From NCBI RefSeq assembly GCF_041381155.1, contig NC_091144.1:38668437-38732436 (forward strand): a stretch of 64,000 nt of DNA. The letters are read 5' to 3'. The notes below the pieces were generated by a model. That model was not told the origin of the DNA, searched no databases, and saw only the letters and a list, made by a program, of their open reading frames with translations. This DNA is from Argopecten irradians (lineage: Eukaryota). The position numbers and the translations under genes were made by a program. Position 1 is the first letter of the stretch; each line of letters begins with the position of its first letter. This document shows positions 62,201-64,000 of the stretch, one piece after another.

Positions 62201-62941
62201 GTGTGCACAAGGGTGTAACATTTAGTCTACTACCAACTGTAAGCTTATGTGCCTACATGTACATGTATAAATGTTTATTTCCAGTTATGAATTCCAAACG
62301 GCTGGGACCGGATTTTGCGCAAATATTGTATATGTTACCTGCAAAGTGCGTGAAAATAGTTCTAACAGAGAGCCCATGACGAGCTCGAGCTTACTCAAAG
62401 CAACTTGCACAAAACATGCTGGTTTATTGATCAGACAAAAGGTGTTCCGAAATATTTCTGAGAGGTAAACAAATCTCTCGGCATTCATCCTTGGTTTACT
62501 GAAATGCTGAGGTTCGCAAAACATGTTCTGACGGAAGTGATTGCATTCGTTGTGAAATAATCTAAAAATCGTATGTTTGCGTGTTCCTATCGTCTGTTTT
62601 ATATGTATGCTCTGAGAACGGACAGTACCGAAAGAAATCAGAACTACATTGGTGAGTGACATTTCCATTTATTTAAGTTGTGACATCCTCGCGATATTAT
62701 TTCAGACGGCTTAGGCCTATAAGCTTTAACGGGCCACTGGCCACCAGTCTACATTATTTCATTATAGGACGTTATAAATATAGGTCTAACGTATAATTCT
62801 GATTGTTTAGACACAACATAATATTGTTTAAAACTGTCTCGTCGTGCTATAGTACTGTACTTTAGGCTTACGTATACTGTTTCAGTTGAGATCTGATATA
62901 TGTGTACAGTAGACCTAATTTAGTTACTTTCAGTTTCAATA

Positions 62942-63233
62942 CATCCTCGATACTCCAGGGGTTCCGATCACTTACGATCTCAACACCCCAGGACTATTTC
63001 AAAGTAAAAATAGCGGCAACAGAACAGGTAATTTAGTCGTTTGATGTACGATCCGTATTAAATGGTACAGATGGGCGTCATTCTTTCCTGTAGTCTTCAA
63101 AGGAAATTTTTGCCAGCCTAGGCCTGTGATTGGTTCAGATTTACCCCTCTGAGCTGCCTTCAGTTTTTCTATGAGATAGTCCAGGGTTGTACAGAGATCG
63201 TACGTGATCGGAACCCCTGGAGTATCGAGGATG
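62942..63233. mobile_element. MITE (family C), ~290 bp with ~38-bp perfect terminal inverted repeats.
   Basis: Left end CATCCTCGATACTCCAGGGGTTCCGATCACTTACGATC and right end GATCGTACGTGATCGGAACCCCTGGAGTATCGAGGATG. Internal gctgccttcagtttttctatgagatagtccagg is shared with 16540 and 31600. Confidence 0.8.
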
Positions 63234-63589
63234 GTTTCAATAATACATTTCAGACGTACTGGGAAGTACTATAGCTCTCTCCCAAGGTATGAGTGAGCAG
63301 TGAATAATTTAGTCACTTTACCACCTGATTATGTATAAAGACAGTCAATATATATACATGTAATCAGAGACATAGATAATTTAATTGGGATAAGTAACTA
63401 GGGCTGTTCTCGCGATATCACGTACAAACCTATTGTTATCGTAAACGGATGAACGGTTACCGTAAGACCAAGCCGTGCGGCTGCGCACTATAGCTGGATG
63501 TGAGTTATCTTAGTGCAAGACATTTGTCATAAGCTGTGCATGTACATGCCGACTACTGTGCATACACATTATTACGGCCTATTTGACTA

Positions 63590-64000
63590 CAAACCAATTA
63601 ACATCATACATTATCTCATAGCTTTTTACTGGGCCTGGTCACTGATGATTGTCCCAGTCCAATCTCGCTATAATATGAACTGGTCATGAATGATCGACAC
63701 AGCCCAATCCCTCTATAATATGAATTGGTCACAAATGATCGACCCAGTCCAATTCCGCTATAATATGAACTGGTCACCAATGATTGACTCAGTCCAATTC
63801 CACTATAATTTGAACTGGTCACAAATGATTGACCCAGTTCAATCTCGCTATAATATGAACTGGTCACCAATGATCGACCCAGTCCAATCCCGCTATAATA
63901 TGAACTGGTCACCAATGATTGACCCAGTCCAATCTCGCTATAATATGAACTGGTCACAAATGATCGACCCAGTCCAATCCCGCTATAATATGAACTGGTC
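63590..64000. repeat. Minisatellite with a 45-bp unit, at least 9 copies, running off the window end.
   Basis: tataatatgaactggtcaccaatgattgacccagtccaatctcgc is repeated. It is the source of the periodic pseudo-ORF 63616-63957 (-). Confidence 0.9.

Noticed and set aside
63616-63957. Track ORF 63616-63957 (-), 113 aa with the repeating peptide SYYSEIGLGQSLVT
   Set aside because: An artefact of the 45-bp tandem repeat at the window end.

Overview
This window is AT-rich, intron-bearing, repeat-dense metazoan genomic DNA, most likely from an invertebrate. It is not prokaryotic: there are no operons, rRNA genes or CRISPR arrays. Three protein-coding loci were reconstructed by hand from the six-frame track plus splice-site reading. 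(1) A plus-strand SKI/SNO-family corepressor gene: an internal exon at 1795-2704 encodes a Dachshund-homology domain (DHD), and a terminal exon at 9039-10605 encodes the SKI-type SAND zinc motif; the two join across a 6.3-kb intron in phase. (2) A minus-strand Deltex-3/DTX3L-like RING E3 ligase gene in three exons (27124-27582, 25366-25583, 24528-24636) whose translation gives RING, then a complete Deltex C-terminal (DTC) domain, then a stop. (3) A plus-strand 1.5-kb single-exon ORF (46997-48535) encoding a basic S/T/P/R-rich protein I cannot assign to a family. The rest is repeat landscape. It includes a ~90-bp MITE family with at least 11 copies in the first 25 kb, a TTAA-flanked MITE family, and a MITE family with 38-bp terminal inverted repeats (TIRs). 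It also has foldback elements, tRNA-derived SINE fragments, a 1.5-kb 59-bp satellite derived from a SINE tRNA-like head, many further mini/microsatellites of 15 to 82 bp, and a ~4-kb macro tandem repeat (~2.5 units, 50.1-60.3 kb) with a nested G/C homopolymer tract. Several track ORFs are repeat artifacts. No defence-system-like or other exotic system is supported. The interest lies in the hand-built gene models, the SINE-to-satellite relationship and the MITE families.
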